Assembly: GCA_021731625.1 (NCBI GenBank)
Contig: JAKFXC010000060.1
Span: 794-64,793, forward strand
Direction of reading: 5' to 3'
Source of the DNA: Candidatus Omnitrophota bacterium
GTDB taxonomy: Bacteria > Omnitrophota > Gorgyraeia > Zapsychrales > Fredricksoniimonadaceae
DNA length: 64,000 nt
Shown: piece after piece, positions 30,194-39,844 of the stretch
Numbering within the stretch: position 1 is the first letter of the stretch
How the letters are laid out: the number at the start of each line of letters is the position of its first letter
Notes under the pieces: generated by a model
Told to the model about the DNA's origin: nothing
Databases searched by the model: none
The model's input: the letters and a program-made list of their open reading frames with translations, nothing else
Position numbers and translations under genes: made by a program

Positions 30194-32233
30194 ATGAAAC
30201 TCTCCCTCAATTGGCTTAAAGATTACGTAAACCCTAAACTCTCTCCTGAGAAGCTGGCGGAGCGCTTGACCATGGCGGGCCTAGAGGTGGAAGAAGTCCG
30301 TCACACCGGCAACGACACTGTCTTAGACTTGGAAATTACCCCCAATCGTCCCGACTGTCTAAGTATCATTGGTTTGGCCCGGGAAGTGGCAGGCATAACG
30401 GCGAACTCGTTAAAGCTCCCCAAAATAAAGTCTTATGCTCTAAAGAAATCCGCAGCCTTCAGAGTTACCGTCGAGAATACCAAAGATTGTCCGCGATACA
30501 TTGGCACCCTCATTAAAAATGTCCACGTTGCCGCGGCCCCGGACGGCCTCGCGTCCCGGCTGTCTACCGTCGGGATTAAGAGCATCAATAACGCGGTCGA
30601 CATTACCAATTTTGTGTTGCTGGAAACCGGCCAACCCCTGCACGCGTTTGACTATGACAAATTGGCCGGCGGCGCAATCATCGTCCGGCGGGCCAGAGCC
30701 GGAGAGAAGATTATCGCCATCGACGGATCCGCACACAGGCTGGACCCCTCCATTTTAGTACTCGCCGACGCCCAAAAGCCTGTGGCCATTGCCGGAATCA
30801 TGGGTGGGAAAGAAAGCGAGATCACCGCGCAGACCAAAAATATCGTGCTGGAGAGCGCGCAATTTGATATGGGGCTGGTGCGGCGGGCGTCCAGGACTCT
30901 GGGCTTAAAAAGTGATTCGTCTTACCGGTTCGAGCGGGGGGTGGATTATGAAGGGGTGCTCACCGGCGCCAATCGGGCCACAGATTTATTGTTGGAACAT
31001 CTCAAGGGAGTTTTGTCTGATCGCATTGATGTGCGATCGACTCAAATAAAAACAAAAATGATCGCGATCTTCCCAACGGAGATTGAGGCTTTGCTGGGCA
31101 CGGCAGTGAGCGCTGCCCAAGCAAAGAACATGCTTAGCCGTTTAGGGTTAAAAGTCAAAACCGGCGCCCAGGGCAAATTGCAGGTGGGCATACCTGACTT
31201 CCGCGTTGATCTAAATCAGCCGGCGGATTTGATTGAGGAGATCGCCCGCATGATCGGGTATGACCGGCTGCCACTGTCCTTGCCCACCATCGCGGTCGCC
31301 AATATCAGCGTCATTGCTCGTCCTCGCGAAGTCAAGAAAACCATCACCGAGGTTTTATTCGCTCAGGGTTTCAGCGAGGCCATTACGTATGCCCTCATTA
31401 ACCAAAACGATTTGAATCGAAGTCATTTAGGCCATTTGCCGAAGCTGCCACTGGAGAGTTCCTTAAGCCAGGAGCATAATATTTTGCGGCCGAGTTTATT
31501 GCCCAGTTTGCTCAAGGTCGCAGCGGGAAATTTTAACCACGGCCAAAAAGATTTGAAAATTTTCGAAATCGGCAAACGGTATTTGCCCGATGGTAGAGGA
31601 GCGGCGGAGCATCCCACGCTAGGCATCTTGATCACCGGTAAACGCAATCATGACTGGCGTACCAGTAACAAGGAAACGCTCAATTTTTTTGATTTAAAAG
31701 GCGCGCTGGAGAATATTGTCCAGGCGCTGCAGGCGCCGCTGCAGGTCGCGCTCCATCCGTATCCAGCTTTTGCGCCTGCCGAGTCGGTGTCGCTGCTGCT
31801 TCATGGCAAGAGTATTGGCACGGCGGGCCGCATCGATGCGCAGGTATTGACACAATGGGGCATCAAAGCCAAGGAAGTTTATTTTGCCGGGGTCCATTTG
31901 GAGGAATTGTTTGTTCTTCCTAAGCCGGTGCTCAAATACCAGCCGGTGTCTGAATTCCCGGCCATCCAGCGCGACGTCAGCCTTGCGGTCAAACAGGAGA
32001 TTTCCTATCGGGCCTTAAGCAGCCGTTGTATGGAGATGGGCGGCGACATCCTCCAGGAAATGCACTTGATCGAAGAGTACACCGGCGATAAAATCCCCCA
32101 AGGCACCCGCGGCCTGGTGTTCGCTTTAATCTACCAGTCGCTCAAGCGCACCCTGCGCGAAGAAGAGGTCAATGCCGTCCATCAGAAGCTCCTCAACGCC
32201 CTTACCCACGAATTCGGCGCTACAGTTCGCTAA
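30194..32233 (+). CDS. pheT: Phenylalanyl-tRNA synthetase beta subunit (lacks B2 OB domain)
   Basis: LEITPNRPDCLS, GQPLHAFD, RFERG, DLIEEIAR. Confidence 0.96.
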   Translation: MKLSLNWLKDYVNPKLSPEKLAERLTMAGLEVEEVRHTGNDTVLDLEITPNRPDCLSIIGLAREVAGITANSLKLPKIKSYALKKSAAFRVTVENTKDCPRYIGTLIKNVHVAAAPDGLASRLSTVGIKSINNAVDITNFVLLETGQPLHAFDYDKLAGGAIIVRRARAGEKIIAIDGSAHRLDPSILVLADAQKPVAIAGIMGGKESEITAQTKNIVLESAQFDMGLVRRASRTLGLKSDSSYRFERGVDYEGVLTGANRATDLLLEHLKGVLSDRIDVRSTQIKTKMIAIFPTEIEALLGTAVSAAQAKNMLSRLGLKVKTGAQGKLQVGIPDFRVDLNQPADLIEEIARMIGYDRLPLSLPTIAVANISVIARPREVKKTITEVLFAQGFSEAITYALINQNDLNRSHLGHLPKLPLESSLSQEHNILRPSLLPSLLKVAAGNFNHGQKDLKIFEIGKRYLPDGRGAAEHPTLGILITGKRNHDWRTSNKETLNFFDLKGALENIVQALQAPLQVALHPYPAFAPAESVSLLLHGKSIGTAGRIDAQVLTQWGIKAKEVYFAGVHLEELFVLPKPVLKYQPVSEFPAIQRDVSLAVKQEISYRALSSRCMEMGGDILQEMHLIEEYTGDKIPQGTRGLVFALIYQSLKRTLREEEVNAVHQKLLNALTHEFGATVR

Positions 32234-32255
32234 AATTCCCTCAGTACGCAAACAT

Positions 32256-32282
32256 TTGACAAAATCCAAAAAGTGCTATAAT
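32256..32282 (+). promoter_or_regulatory. Promoter for 6S RNA
   Basis: TTGACA plus extended -10 TGCTATAAT (spacer only 15 bp). Confidence 0.55.
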
Positions 32283-32290
32283 TGATGTTG

Positions 32291-32442
32291 AATCCTGCTC
32301 CGTGCGTCAGGGCTCGGATGTATTGAACCACAAAACTAACTCCAGGGAACTGGTTCTTGCAGATGCGCATAGTCGCTCTCACACTGGTTCCCACCTGTGA
32401 AAACAGGTTCTCATTACACCAGTCCAACGGCGGCGCGGGATT
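32291..32442 (+). ncRNA. ssrS: 6S RNA
   Basis: Closing stem AATCCTG..CCGT/ACGG..CGGGATT; TTGAACC, GGGAAC/GTTCCC, CCACCTG..GGTTC motifs; context pheT..ygfA-rny; ends approximate. Confidence 0.8.
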
Positions 32443-32487
32443 TTGTTTTTGATTTTCCGGTGATTTTCCGGATTTTCCGGATTTATC

Positions 32488-32556
32488 GGGACACATACCG
32501 TAACCCTAATTCCAAATTTACCCGCTCAATGGAATTAAGGTTACGGTATGTGTCCC
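32488..32556. repeat. Second GGGACACATACCGTAACC inverted-repeat element
   Basis: Same arms as 11010-11080 with a different spacer; preceded by GATTTTCCG tandem stutter at 32451-32487. Confidence 0.8.
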
Positions 32557-32575
32557 TCTTCCCTTTTTCTTTCCT

Positions 32576-33889
32576 ATGCCGACGCCGAATTTGTTTTCCT
32601 CAGATCTTGAGATCCCCAAGGACGCGCCCTTAAGCGCCCGCATGCGGCCGCGCACCCTGGAGGAATACGTTGGCCAAACGCATATCCTAGGCCCCGGCAA
32701 GCTGCTCACCCGGGCCATTGAGGCCGATCGTATCAATTCTCTTATTGTCTACGGCCCGCCGGGCGCAGGTAAAACTACGCTCGCGCTCTGCATCGCCCAG
32801 CGCACCCAATCGCATTTTGAAAAGATCAACGCGGTGGCGTCCAACGTCGAGGAAATGCGCAAAATCATCGCCGGCGCCCAGCACCGCCGGGCCACCTCGG
32901 GCCGCAAGACCCTGTTTTTTATCGACGAGATCCACCGCTTCAACAAAGCCCAACAAGATGTCCTCATGCCGGACATCGAAGAAGGCAACATCATTTTAAT
33001 CGGCACCACGGTCTTTAACCCTTTCTTTGCCCTGGTCAGTCCGCTCATTTCCCGGTCCATGATTTTTGAGCTCCATGCCCTCAGCAAAGAAGATGTTTTG
33101 GTCATTTTAAACCGGGCCCTACAAGACGCCGAGAGGGGACTCGGCTTTTTAAAGATCAAAGCAGAAGCCCCGGCCTTAGAATTTTTAGCCCAAACCTGCG
33201 ATGGAGACGGCCGCCGGGCCCTCAATGCCTTGGAAGTTGCCGCCGTCACCACGCCTCCGGACGCTCGCGGCGCGGTGCACATCACCCTCGACATTGCCCA
33301 GGAAAGCATTCAGAAAAAAGCCCTCAACTATGATCACGACGGCGACGCCCACTACGACACGGCTTCGGCGTTCATTAAGTCGATGCGCGGCTCAGACCCG
33401 GACGCGACGCTCTATTGGATGGCCAAAATGATTTATGCCGGCGAAGACCCGCGGTTCATTGCCCGCCGCATCGTCATCTGCGCCAGCGAAGATGTGGGCA
33501 ATGCCGATCCCAATGCGCTGGTGGTGGCCAATGCCGCCGCGCAAGCCAGCGAGTTTATCGGCCTGCCGGAGTCCCGCATCATCCTGGCCCAGGCCGCGGT
33601 CTACGTCGCCTGCGCCCCCAAATCCAACGCGGTGTATTTAGGGATTGATACTGCCCTGGCTGACGTCAAGGAGAAACGCCTGTCCGGCGTCCCTAACCAC
33701 TTAAAAGATGCCCATTACAAGGGCGCCGCCAAGTTAGGCCACGGAGAGGGCTACAAATACGCGCACGATTATCCGCTCCATTATGTCGACCAGGCGTACA
33801 TGAACCATAAGGCCCAATACTACAAGCCTGGCGATTTAGGCTACGAGGCCAAGATCAAAGAACGCTTGGACAAGTTAAAGAAAAAATGA
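32576..33889 (+). CDS. rarA: Replication-associated recombination protein A
   Basis: PLSARMRP, GPPGAGKTT, DEIHRFNKAQQD, SAFIKSMRGSDPD. Confidence 0.96.
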   Translation: MPTPNLFSSDLEIPKDAPLSARMRPRTLEEYVGQTHILGPGKLLTRAIEADRINSLIVYGPPGAGKTTLALCIAQRTQSHFEKINAVASNVEEMRKIIAGAQHRRATSGRKTLFFIDEIHRFNKAQQDVLMPDIEEGNIILIGTTVFNPFFALVSPLISRSMIFELHALSKEDVLVILNRALQDAERGLGFLKIKAEAPALEFLAQTCDGDGRRALNALEVAAVTTPPDARGAVHITLDIAQESIQKKALNYDHDGDAHYDTASAFIKSMRGSDPDATLYWMAKMIYAGEDPRFIARRIVICASEDVGNADPNALVVANAAAQASEFIGLPESRIILAQAAVYVACAPKSNAVYLGIDTALADVKEKRLSGVPNHLKDAHYKGAAKLGHGEGYKYAHDYPLHYVDQAYMNHKAQYYKPGDLGYEAKIKERLDKLKKK

Positions 33890-33905
33890 TACGATACACC
33901 GTTTC

Positions 33906-34460
33906 ATGAATACCAAAAGTTCTTTACGAGGGTATTTTTTAGAACTTCTCACCAAGCAGGGGAGCCAGGAACGGAAGCACAAAAGCAGTAGAATCGCGCA
34001 GCAATTATATAAGCTGCCGGCTTTTGTTAACGCTCAGACCGTTCTTTTTTATGCTTCTTTGCCGGGCGAAGTGGAAACCTTCGCGATGATGACCATGGCC
34101 ATGCAATTGCACAAACACGTCGCACTTCCCGTTATTACGCGCGATCAAAGGAAAATCATTCCAACATTAACCGATTCGGTGGAGGGCCTGCCCGTTGGGC
34201 TTTATGGTATACCTTCGCCTCACCCCGACCGCACCGGCGGACCAGTGGATCTACAGGCGCTGGACATGGTGGTCGTCCCCGGGTTGGCCTTTGACAAGGC
34301 CAAGAACCGTCTGGGACGGGGCAAAGGATATTACGACCGGTTTTTAAGGACATTGCCGGAGCGTACCGCCAAAGTTGGAATTGCTTTTGATTTTCAAATT
34401 GTGGATTGCCTGCCTGTCGAGGAACACGATGTTCCTCTCGATGTGATCATCGCCGCCTGA
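33906..34460 (+). CDS. ygfA: 5-formyltetrahydrofolate cyclo-ligase
   Basis: VVPGLAFD..RLGRGKGYYDRFL, EEHD. Confidence 0.95.
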   Translation: MNTKSSLRGYFLELLTKQGSQERKHKSSRIAQQLYKLPAFVNAQTVLFYASLPGEVETFAMMTMAMQLHKHVALPVITRDQRKIIPTLTDSVEGLPVGLYGIPSPHPDRTGGPVDLQALDMVVVPGLAFDKAKNRLGRGKGYYDRFLRTLPERTAKVGIAFDFQIVDCLPVEEHDVPLDVIIAA

Positions 34461-34498
34461 AGTTTCCCCGTCCTTAAGTATTATAGAAAGGGGTCCCC

Positions 34499-36064
34499 AT
34501 GCAAAATGTTTCTTTTGTATTGATTGCCGTTTTCGTCGGCATTGTGTGTGTTATTGCCGGATTTTTCTTAAACCGGATTTTGGGCGGCAAACGGAGCCGG
34601 CAGGCCCAACAAGGCGCTGCGGAAATCCGTGAACTGGCCCAGAGAGAAGCGGAAACCATCCGCAAAGAAGCAGACCTCCAGGCGAAGGACTTGCTGATTA
34701 AACTCCGCCAGGATTTTGAGAACCAGATCAAAGAGCGGCGGGACGAAATCACCAATGCCGAAAAACGCATTGTGCAGCGTGAGGAAAATTTAGACAAACG
34801 GGTGGATTTGCTGGAGAAAAAAGAAAAAGATCTGGCCAGCCGCTTGGAAGTCCTGCGCGACGGAGAGGCCAAGAATAAAGAAAAAGAAGAGACCTTGACG
34901 AAATTGGTGACCGAAGAAAAGGCCCGCTTGCAGTCTATTGCGAATCTGTCCCAGGACGAGGCCCGCAAAGTTCTATTGGCTCGGGTGGACGAGGACCTTA
35001 AGACCGAGAAGTCGGTGCGCATCCGCCAGATGAATGAAGAGATCAAGGAAGTTTCCGACAAAAAGGCGCGGGAGATTATCAGCACCGCGATCCAGCGCTG
35101 CGCCTCAGACCACACTGCTGAGACGACCATTTCCGTGGTGCCGCTGCCGTCCGACGAGATGAAAGGCCGCATCATCGGCCGCGAAGGCCGCAACATCCGC
35201 GCCCTGGAGCAGGCCACTGGGGTCGACATCATCATCGACGACACACCGGAGGCAGTGACCATTTCGGGGTTTGACATGGTGCGCCGTGAGACCGCCCGCA
35301 TGGCCCTGGAAGCGCTCATTGTTGACGGCCGTATCCATCCTGGCCGCATCGAGGAGGTGGTGGAGAAGGCCAAAGGAGATTTAGAGAAGAAAATGAAGGA
35401 AGAGGGGGAACATGCGGCCATGGAGCTTGGCATCCACGGCATGCACCCGGAACTCATCAAACTGGTGGGGCGTTTGCGTTACCGCACTTCGTTTGGGCAA
35501 AATGGACTAAACCACTCAGTGGAAGTCGCCAAATTGATGGGCATCATGGCCTACCAATTGAATGTCGACGTGAAGGCCGCCAAGCGGGCGGGCCTGTTGC
35601 ATGACATCGGCAAAGTGGTTTCATCGGATGTGGAGGAAGGTACTCATGCCATTGTCGGCGGACGGCTTTGCCGCAAATACGGTGAGGCCGAAGACGTGGC
35701 CTATGCTGTAGAAAGCCACCACGGGGAAGTGGAAATGAACACCCTCTACGGAATTTTAGTTTCTGCGGCGGACGCCATCAGCGCGGCCAGGCCAGGGGCC
35801 CGGGCGGAGTCAATGGAAACCTACATCAAGCGATTGGAAAATTTGGAAAAGATTTCCAATTCGTTTAAGGGTGTTGAGAAAAGTTATGCCTTGCAGGCCG
35901 GCCGGGAGATTAGGATCATGGTGATGCCCGATAAAGTCAATGATGATGAGGCGGTCGTCATGGCGAGGGACATCCGCAAGAAAATTGAAGAAGAAATGGA
36001 ATATCCCGGGCATATCAAAGTCATGGTGGTCCGCGAAACCCGCGCCGTGGAGTATGCTAAATAG
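34499..36064 (+). CDS. rny: Ribonuclease Y
   Basis: N-terminal TM, coiled coil, [13 protein letters not shown] (KH), LLHDIGK (HD). Confidence 0.97.
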   Translation: MQNVSFVLIAVFVGIVCVIAGFFLNRILGGKRSRQAQQGAAEIRELAQREAETIRKEADLQAKDLLIKLRQDFENQIKERRDEITNAEKRIVQREENLDKRVDLLEKKEKDLASRLEVLRDGEAKNKEKEETLTKLVTEEKARLQSIANLSQDEARKVLLARVDEDLKTEKSVRIRQMNEEIKEVSDKKAREIISTAIQRCASDHTAETTISVVPLPSDEMKGRIIGREGRNIRALEQATGVDIIIDDTPEAVTISGFDMVRRETARMALEALIVDGRIHPGRIEEVVEKAKGDLEKKMKEEGEHAAMELGIHGMHPELIKLVGRLRYRTSFGQNGLNHSVEVAKLMGIMAYQLNVDVKAAKRAGLLHDIGKVVSSDVEEGTHAIVGGRLCRKYGEAEDVAYAVESHHGEVEMNTLYGILVSAADAISAARPGARAESMETYIKRLENLEKISNSFKGVEKSYALQAGREIRIMVMPDKVNDDEAVVMARDIRKKIEEEMEYPGHIKVMVVRETRAVEYAK

Positions 36065-36130
36065 GGGCCAGCCCCCTATTTTTTATATAGTTAACTTGCT
36101 TAAAAATAGGGGGCTGGCCCCTATTTAGCA
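36055..36130. repeat. Inverted doublet of the 23-bp REP-like palindrome (REPIN-like) at the rny stop
   Basis: Copies at 36059-36081 and 36104-36126 in opposite orientation. Confidence 0.85.
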
Positions 36131-36149
36131 GGGGAGTTGTTCCTACTTT

Positions 36150-36932
36150 ATGAAGGTCCTATGCATAGGCGATATCGTAGGCCGGCCGGGACGGGAAATC
36201 CTGGCCAAATCCTTGGGTCCGTTCAAGGAGCAGCACCGCGTTGACTTTGTCATTGCCAACGGCGAGAATGCGGCCGGTGGCAGCGGCATCCTTCCCAAAC
36301 AGGCGGAGGAGATTTATGCCTGCGGGGTCGATGTCATCACCCTCGGTGACCATGTCTGGGACAAGTCGGACATTTACGCGTATCTTAATGAGCAGGCCCG
36401 CATTGTCCGGCCGATCAATTTTCCGGAAGGGGTGCCGGGCAAGGGCTGGGCGATTTCCATTGCCGGAAACCAGGTCAAAATCGGCGTAATAAACCTTCTG
36501 GGCCGTACTTTTATGCGCTACAATGTCAATTGTCCGTTCCGCGCCTTGGACGCGGCCGTCGAGCACATCAAAAAAGAAACGCCGGTGATTTTTGTGGACA
36601 TGCACGCCGAAACCACCAGTGAGAAAGTCGCCATGGGCCATTACGCCGATGGGAAAGTTTCTTGCGTGTTCGGCACCCACACGCACGTCCAAACCGCTGA
36701 CGATAAGATTTTACCGCAGGGCACGGCATACATCACCGACCTGGGCATGAGCGGCCCGCACAACTCCGTCATCGGCCAAAACAAAGAAAAAATCATCCAG
36801 CGTTTCCTGACTTGCATGCCCCACAAATTTGAAGTGGCCGAGGGAGACAATATTTTAAACGGCATTTTAGTGGACGTTGACGAAGACACCGGCAAATCCC
36901 GTCACATCACACGCATCCAGCAAAAGGAGTAA
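36150..36932 (+). CDS. ymdB: YmdB/TIGR00282 metallophosphoesterase
   Basis: GDIVG, NGENAAGG, DMHAETTSEK, GTHTHVQTAD. Confidence 0.95.
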   Translation: MKVLCIGDIVGRPGREILAKSLGPFKEQHRVDFVIANGENAAGGSGILPKQAEEIYACGVDVITLGDHVWDKSDIYAYLNEQARIVRPINFPEGVPGKGWAISIAGNQVKIGVINLLGRTFMRYNVNCPFRALDAAVEHIKKETPVIFVDMHAETTSEKVAMGHYADGKVSCVFGTHTHVQTADDKILPQGTAYITDLGMSGPHNSVIGQNKEKIIQRFLTCMPHKFEVAEGDNILNGILVDVDEDTGKSRHITRIQQKE

Positions 36933-36936
36933 CCCT

Positions 36937-37329
36937 ATGGCCTGGCAAGGCAACGACCGCCGCAAATTTCCCCGTATCCTCTATCCGTGCATGATCAAGA
37001 TTTTTTCGAGCGAACAAGGACAGGAAGTGATGTTGACGCACACGGAGAACGTCGGCGTGGGAGGGTGCTGCATCATTGTTAAGAAAGCCATTCAACTCTT
37101 TAGCCCGGTCTCCGTGGAGCTGGATTTAATTGACGAGGCCGACCATATCCGGGCCGAAGGCAAGGTGGTCTGGTCGGTGCGGCGTAAGGCGGTGGAATCG
37201 TTTAAACCCTCTTTTTATGACATCGGCATCGAATTTGCCAACGTCTCAGAACAAAATCAAAAAAGGCTGGAGAAGGCCATGAATATATTCCTCAAAAAAG
37301 GATATAAGACGCTTCGCCCGGTGTATTGA
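36937..37329 (+). CDS. PilZ domain protein
   Basis: RRKFPR and NVGVGG motifs; GKVVW, GIEF. Confidence 0.85.
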   Translation: MAWQGNDRRKFPRILYPCMIKIFSSEQGQEVMLTHTENVGVGGCCIIVKKAIQLFSPVSVELDLIDEADHIRAEGKVVWSVRRKAVESFKPSFYDIGIEFANVSEQNQKRLEKAMNIFLKKGYKTLRPVY

Positions 37330-37334
37330 TTGGC

Positions 37335-38615
37335 ATGGTCCGGGTCCGTTTTGCCCCGTCTCCGACGGGCTATCTGCACATCGGCGGCGCGCGCACCGCA
37401 CTCTTTAACTGGATGTACGCCAAAGCCCAGGGCGGCAAGTTTATCCTGCGCATTGAAGACACCGACAAGGCGCGTTCCAAATCCGAATTCCTCGACGAGA
37501 TCCTAGAGAGCATGGAATGGCTGGGCCTGACTTGGGACGAGTTTTACAAGCAAAGCGACCGCTTTGATCTGTACGCCCAGTATGCCCAAAAATTGCTGGA
37601 TGAGGGCAAGGCCTACAAGGACGACCAAGCTGTGCTGTTGACCATGCCGCAGAAGACGATCAAAATGTACGATTTGATCCGCGACGAGATCGTCGTTGAC
37701 ACCAAAGAGATCAAGGACCAGGTGCTGATCAAAAGCGACGGCTCGCCGACGTACAGCTTTGCCTGTGTCATCGACGATGCGTTGATGGAGATTTCCTGCG
37801 TCATCCGGGGCGAAGACCACATCTCTAATACGCCAAAACAAATTGTCATTTACGAAGCGCTTGGTTTTAAGCCGCCCAAATTTGCCCACCTGCCGCTCAT
37901 CCTCGACGATGAACGGGCCCGGCTGTCCAAACGCGCCGGTGCCGTGGCTGTCTCCGATTACCGCACCCAGGGCTTTTTGCCGGAAGCTGTCGTCAATTAC
38001 TTGATGCTCTTGGGATGGTCGCCGGGCAATAATCAGGAGAAGATCGCCCTGGCATCGGCGATTAAGAATTTTTCCATCAAAAAAATCAACAAAGCCGGCG
38101 CCGCGTTTTCGATGGACAAATTAAAGTGGCTTAACAGCCAGTACATTAAAGAGATAGACAGCGTGCGGTTGGCGGAGTTGATCAAACCCATGTTGGTGGC
38201 AAAATATGATGAGCGGACGGTGCAGTCTTACGATCTGGCTAAAATAGCCACGCTATACAAAGGTCGTATGGAGACTTTGGCAGATTTTTTGGATTGGACG
38301 GAATACATTTTCTCCGATCTGCTGAAGTTTGACCCTGAGGCCAGGGCCGCCCACCTGAGCAAGAATATGGGCAAGGAATTTACCCTCCTCGCTGAACACC
38401 TGAATGGTATACTTAATTTTGATGCCAAATCAGCGGAGGAGGCGTTTCGGGCGGTGGTGGCTGCTTTGGGCATTGATGCCGGGACGTTGGTGCACCCCGT
38501 GCGGGTGGCTTTAACCGGCCGCGCCGTCGGGCCAGGGCTTTTTGATACCATGGCGGTTTTGGGAAAAGACATCACGGTTGCGCGGTTACGGTCGACGTTT
38601 GCCAAAACACAATAA
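37335..38615 (+). CDS. gltX: Glutamyl-tRNA synthetase
   Basis: RFAPSPTGYLHIGG, LRIEDTD, IRGEDH, RLSKR. Confidence 0.97.
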   Translation: MVRVRFAPSPTGYLHIGGARTALFNWMYAKAQGGKFILRIEDTDKARSKSEFLDEILESMEWLGLTWDEFYKQSDRFDLYAQYAQKLLDEGKAYKDDQAVLLTMPQKTIKMYDLIRDEIVVDTKEIKDQVLIKSDGSPTYSFACVIDDALMEISCVIRGEDHISNTPKQIVIYEALGFKPPKFAHLPLILDDERARLSKRAGAVAVSDYRTQGFLPEAVVNYLMLLGWSPGNNQEKIALASAIKNFSIKKINKAGAAFSMDKLKWLNSQYIKEIDSVRLAELIKPMLVAKYDERTVQSYDLAKIATLYKGRMETLADFLDWTEYIFSDLLKFDPEARAAHLSKNMGKEFTLLAEHLNGILNFDAKSAEEAFRAVVAALGIDAGTLVHPVRVALTGRAVGPGLFDTMAVLGKDITVARLRSTFAKTQ

Positions 38616-38631
38616 TCAACAGGGAGGACCC

Positions 38632-39279
38632 TTGTTGAACCGGATATTTAAGCCCCCGTATTTTTCGAAAGAAAATTTTACAAAGTTATTGTTCATTCTC
38701 ATTTGCGCGCTGGGCCTGCTTTTAGTTTACCGCCTGTTTATCTATAAATATTTAAACATGTGGTCGATGAACTGGAGGGTGGAAGGCAGCAGGTTTGTGG
38801 ACCGGGAATACCGTTTGTCGTTTCAGCTGCCGCCAGGCACGGCACCTTATAGGGCCTGGGGGTCTGGGGCAGTCATGAGGGAAATGGAGTTAAACTGGAG
38901 CGGCTCAGATTACCTGCGCAGCGACTACTCCTTAAAAATATCCTATGATAAAATCAGGACGGAAGAACAGTCAGAGACGCAATTGATCCAAAGGGCCATG
39001 GCTTGGAAATCTACACAAGTCAACACATGGTATCCCAACGTGCAGTTTAAAGACATTGAATTGCTCAACAGTGAGAACAGGGTTGTGGGTATTTTGACGT
39101 ACACGATGCCAACCCGGGAACGGTCCGAGCAGTGCTTTTATTTTGTTAAGGACGGGTATATTGTCGGGATTACTTATGCGGCAGGCACGAGAAGACTGGA
39201 CCGCTTGAATCAGGATAAACTCAGACGTATGTTTGGAGCCGTCGCTGAGAGTTTTGAGGGGGGTTTGAACAGGTTGTGA
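38632..39279 (+). CDS. Hypothetical membrane-anchored protein
   Basis: GGAGG RBS then TTG; single N-terminal TM. Confidence 0.65.
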   Translation: MLNRIFKPPYFSKENFTKLLFILICALGLLLVYRLFIYKYLNMWSMNWRVEGSRFVDREYRLSFQLPPGTAPYRAWGSGAVMREMELNWSGSDYLRSDYSLKISYDKIRTEEQSETQLIQRAMAWKSTQVNTWYPNVQFKDIELLNSENRVVGILTYTMPTRERSEQCFYFVKDGYIVGITYAAGTRRLDRLNQDKLRRMFGAVAESFEGGLNRL

Positions 39280-39304
39280 ATGGAAGCGTGCCCTGCGTAA
39301 CGAA

Positions 39305-39685
39305 TTGCCCTGCCCTGATTTTTCTAGAATTGACAATAAGGTAGTCAGGACTGGGCAATATTTTTCTAGATGTTGTTCTTTTAGAATTGTGGAAATATTT
39401 GCCCTGCCCTGATTTTTCTAGAATTGACACTAAGGTAGTCAGGACTGGGCAATATTTTTCTAGATGTTGTTCTTTTAGAATTGTGGAAATATTTGCCCTG
39501 CCCTGATTTCTCTAGAATTGACACTAAGGTAGTCAGGACTGGGCAATATTTTTCTAGATGTTGTTCTTTTAGAATTGTGGGAATATTTGCCCTGCCCTTG
39601 CTTTTTAGAAGAAAAGCATAAGGAAGCAGGGACTAGGGCAAATTTTTCTTAAAGTAGTTCTTATAATTTTTTGGAAATTTGCCCT
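39305..39685 (+). repeat. Array of 94-bp double-hairpin units (3 near-identical plus 1 diverged) ending in register at tRNA-Gln
   Basis: TTGCCCTG at 39305, 39399, 39493, 39587 and 39679. Confidence 0.93.
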
Positions 39686-39750
39686 GTCGTCTAACGGTAG
39701 GACCCAAGATTCTGGATCTTGTTGTCTAGGTTCGAATCCTAGCGGGGCAA
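39680..39750 (+). tRNA. tRNA-Gln(CTG)
   Basis: TGCCCTG/CGGGGCA acceptor (U1-A72); CAAGA-TTCTGGA-TCTTG anticodon arm; CCA not encoded. Confidence 0.96.
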
Positions 39751-39764
39751 TTTTTAAACACAAC

Positions 39765-39800
39765 CTCCTGTGATTAGATAAATTGCAGGAGCTTTTTTTT
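39765..39800 (+). terminator. Intrinsic terminator after tRNA-Gln
   Basis: CTCCTGTGATT/AATTGCAGGAG stem followed by a T run. Confidence 0.75.
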
Positions 39801-39803
39801 GAC

Positions 39804-39843
39804 TTGACAGCCACAAGAGGCGTGTATACAATTTGTATATACA
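39804..39843 (+). promoter_or_regulatory. TA promoter with palindromic operators
   Basis: TTGACA-N17-TACAAT overlapped by TGTATACA and TGTATATACA. Confidence 0.7.
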
Positions 39844-39844
39844 A

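Noticed and set aside
26001-35460. Long minus-strand ORFs opposite thrS (399 aa) and rny (328 aa)
   Set aside because: Antisense shadows of conserved genes with no recognisable motifs.
39305-39680. CRISPR array
   Set aside because: Whole 94-bp units repeat with no unique spacers and no cas genes are present; the same applies to 16525-16764 and 24474-24684.
38971-39844. Short minus-strand ORFs across the array and tRNA-Gln
   Set aside because: Products of repeat and antisense-tRNA sequence with no coding support.
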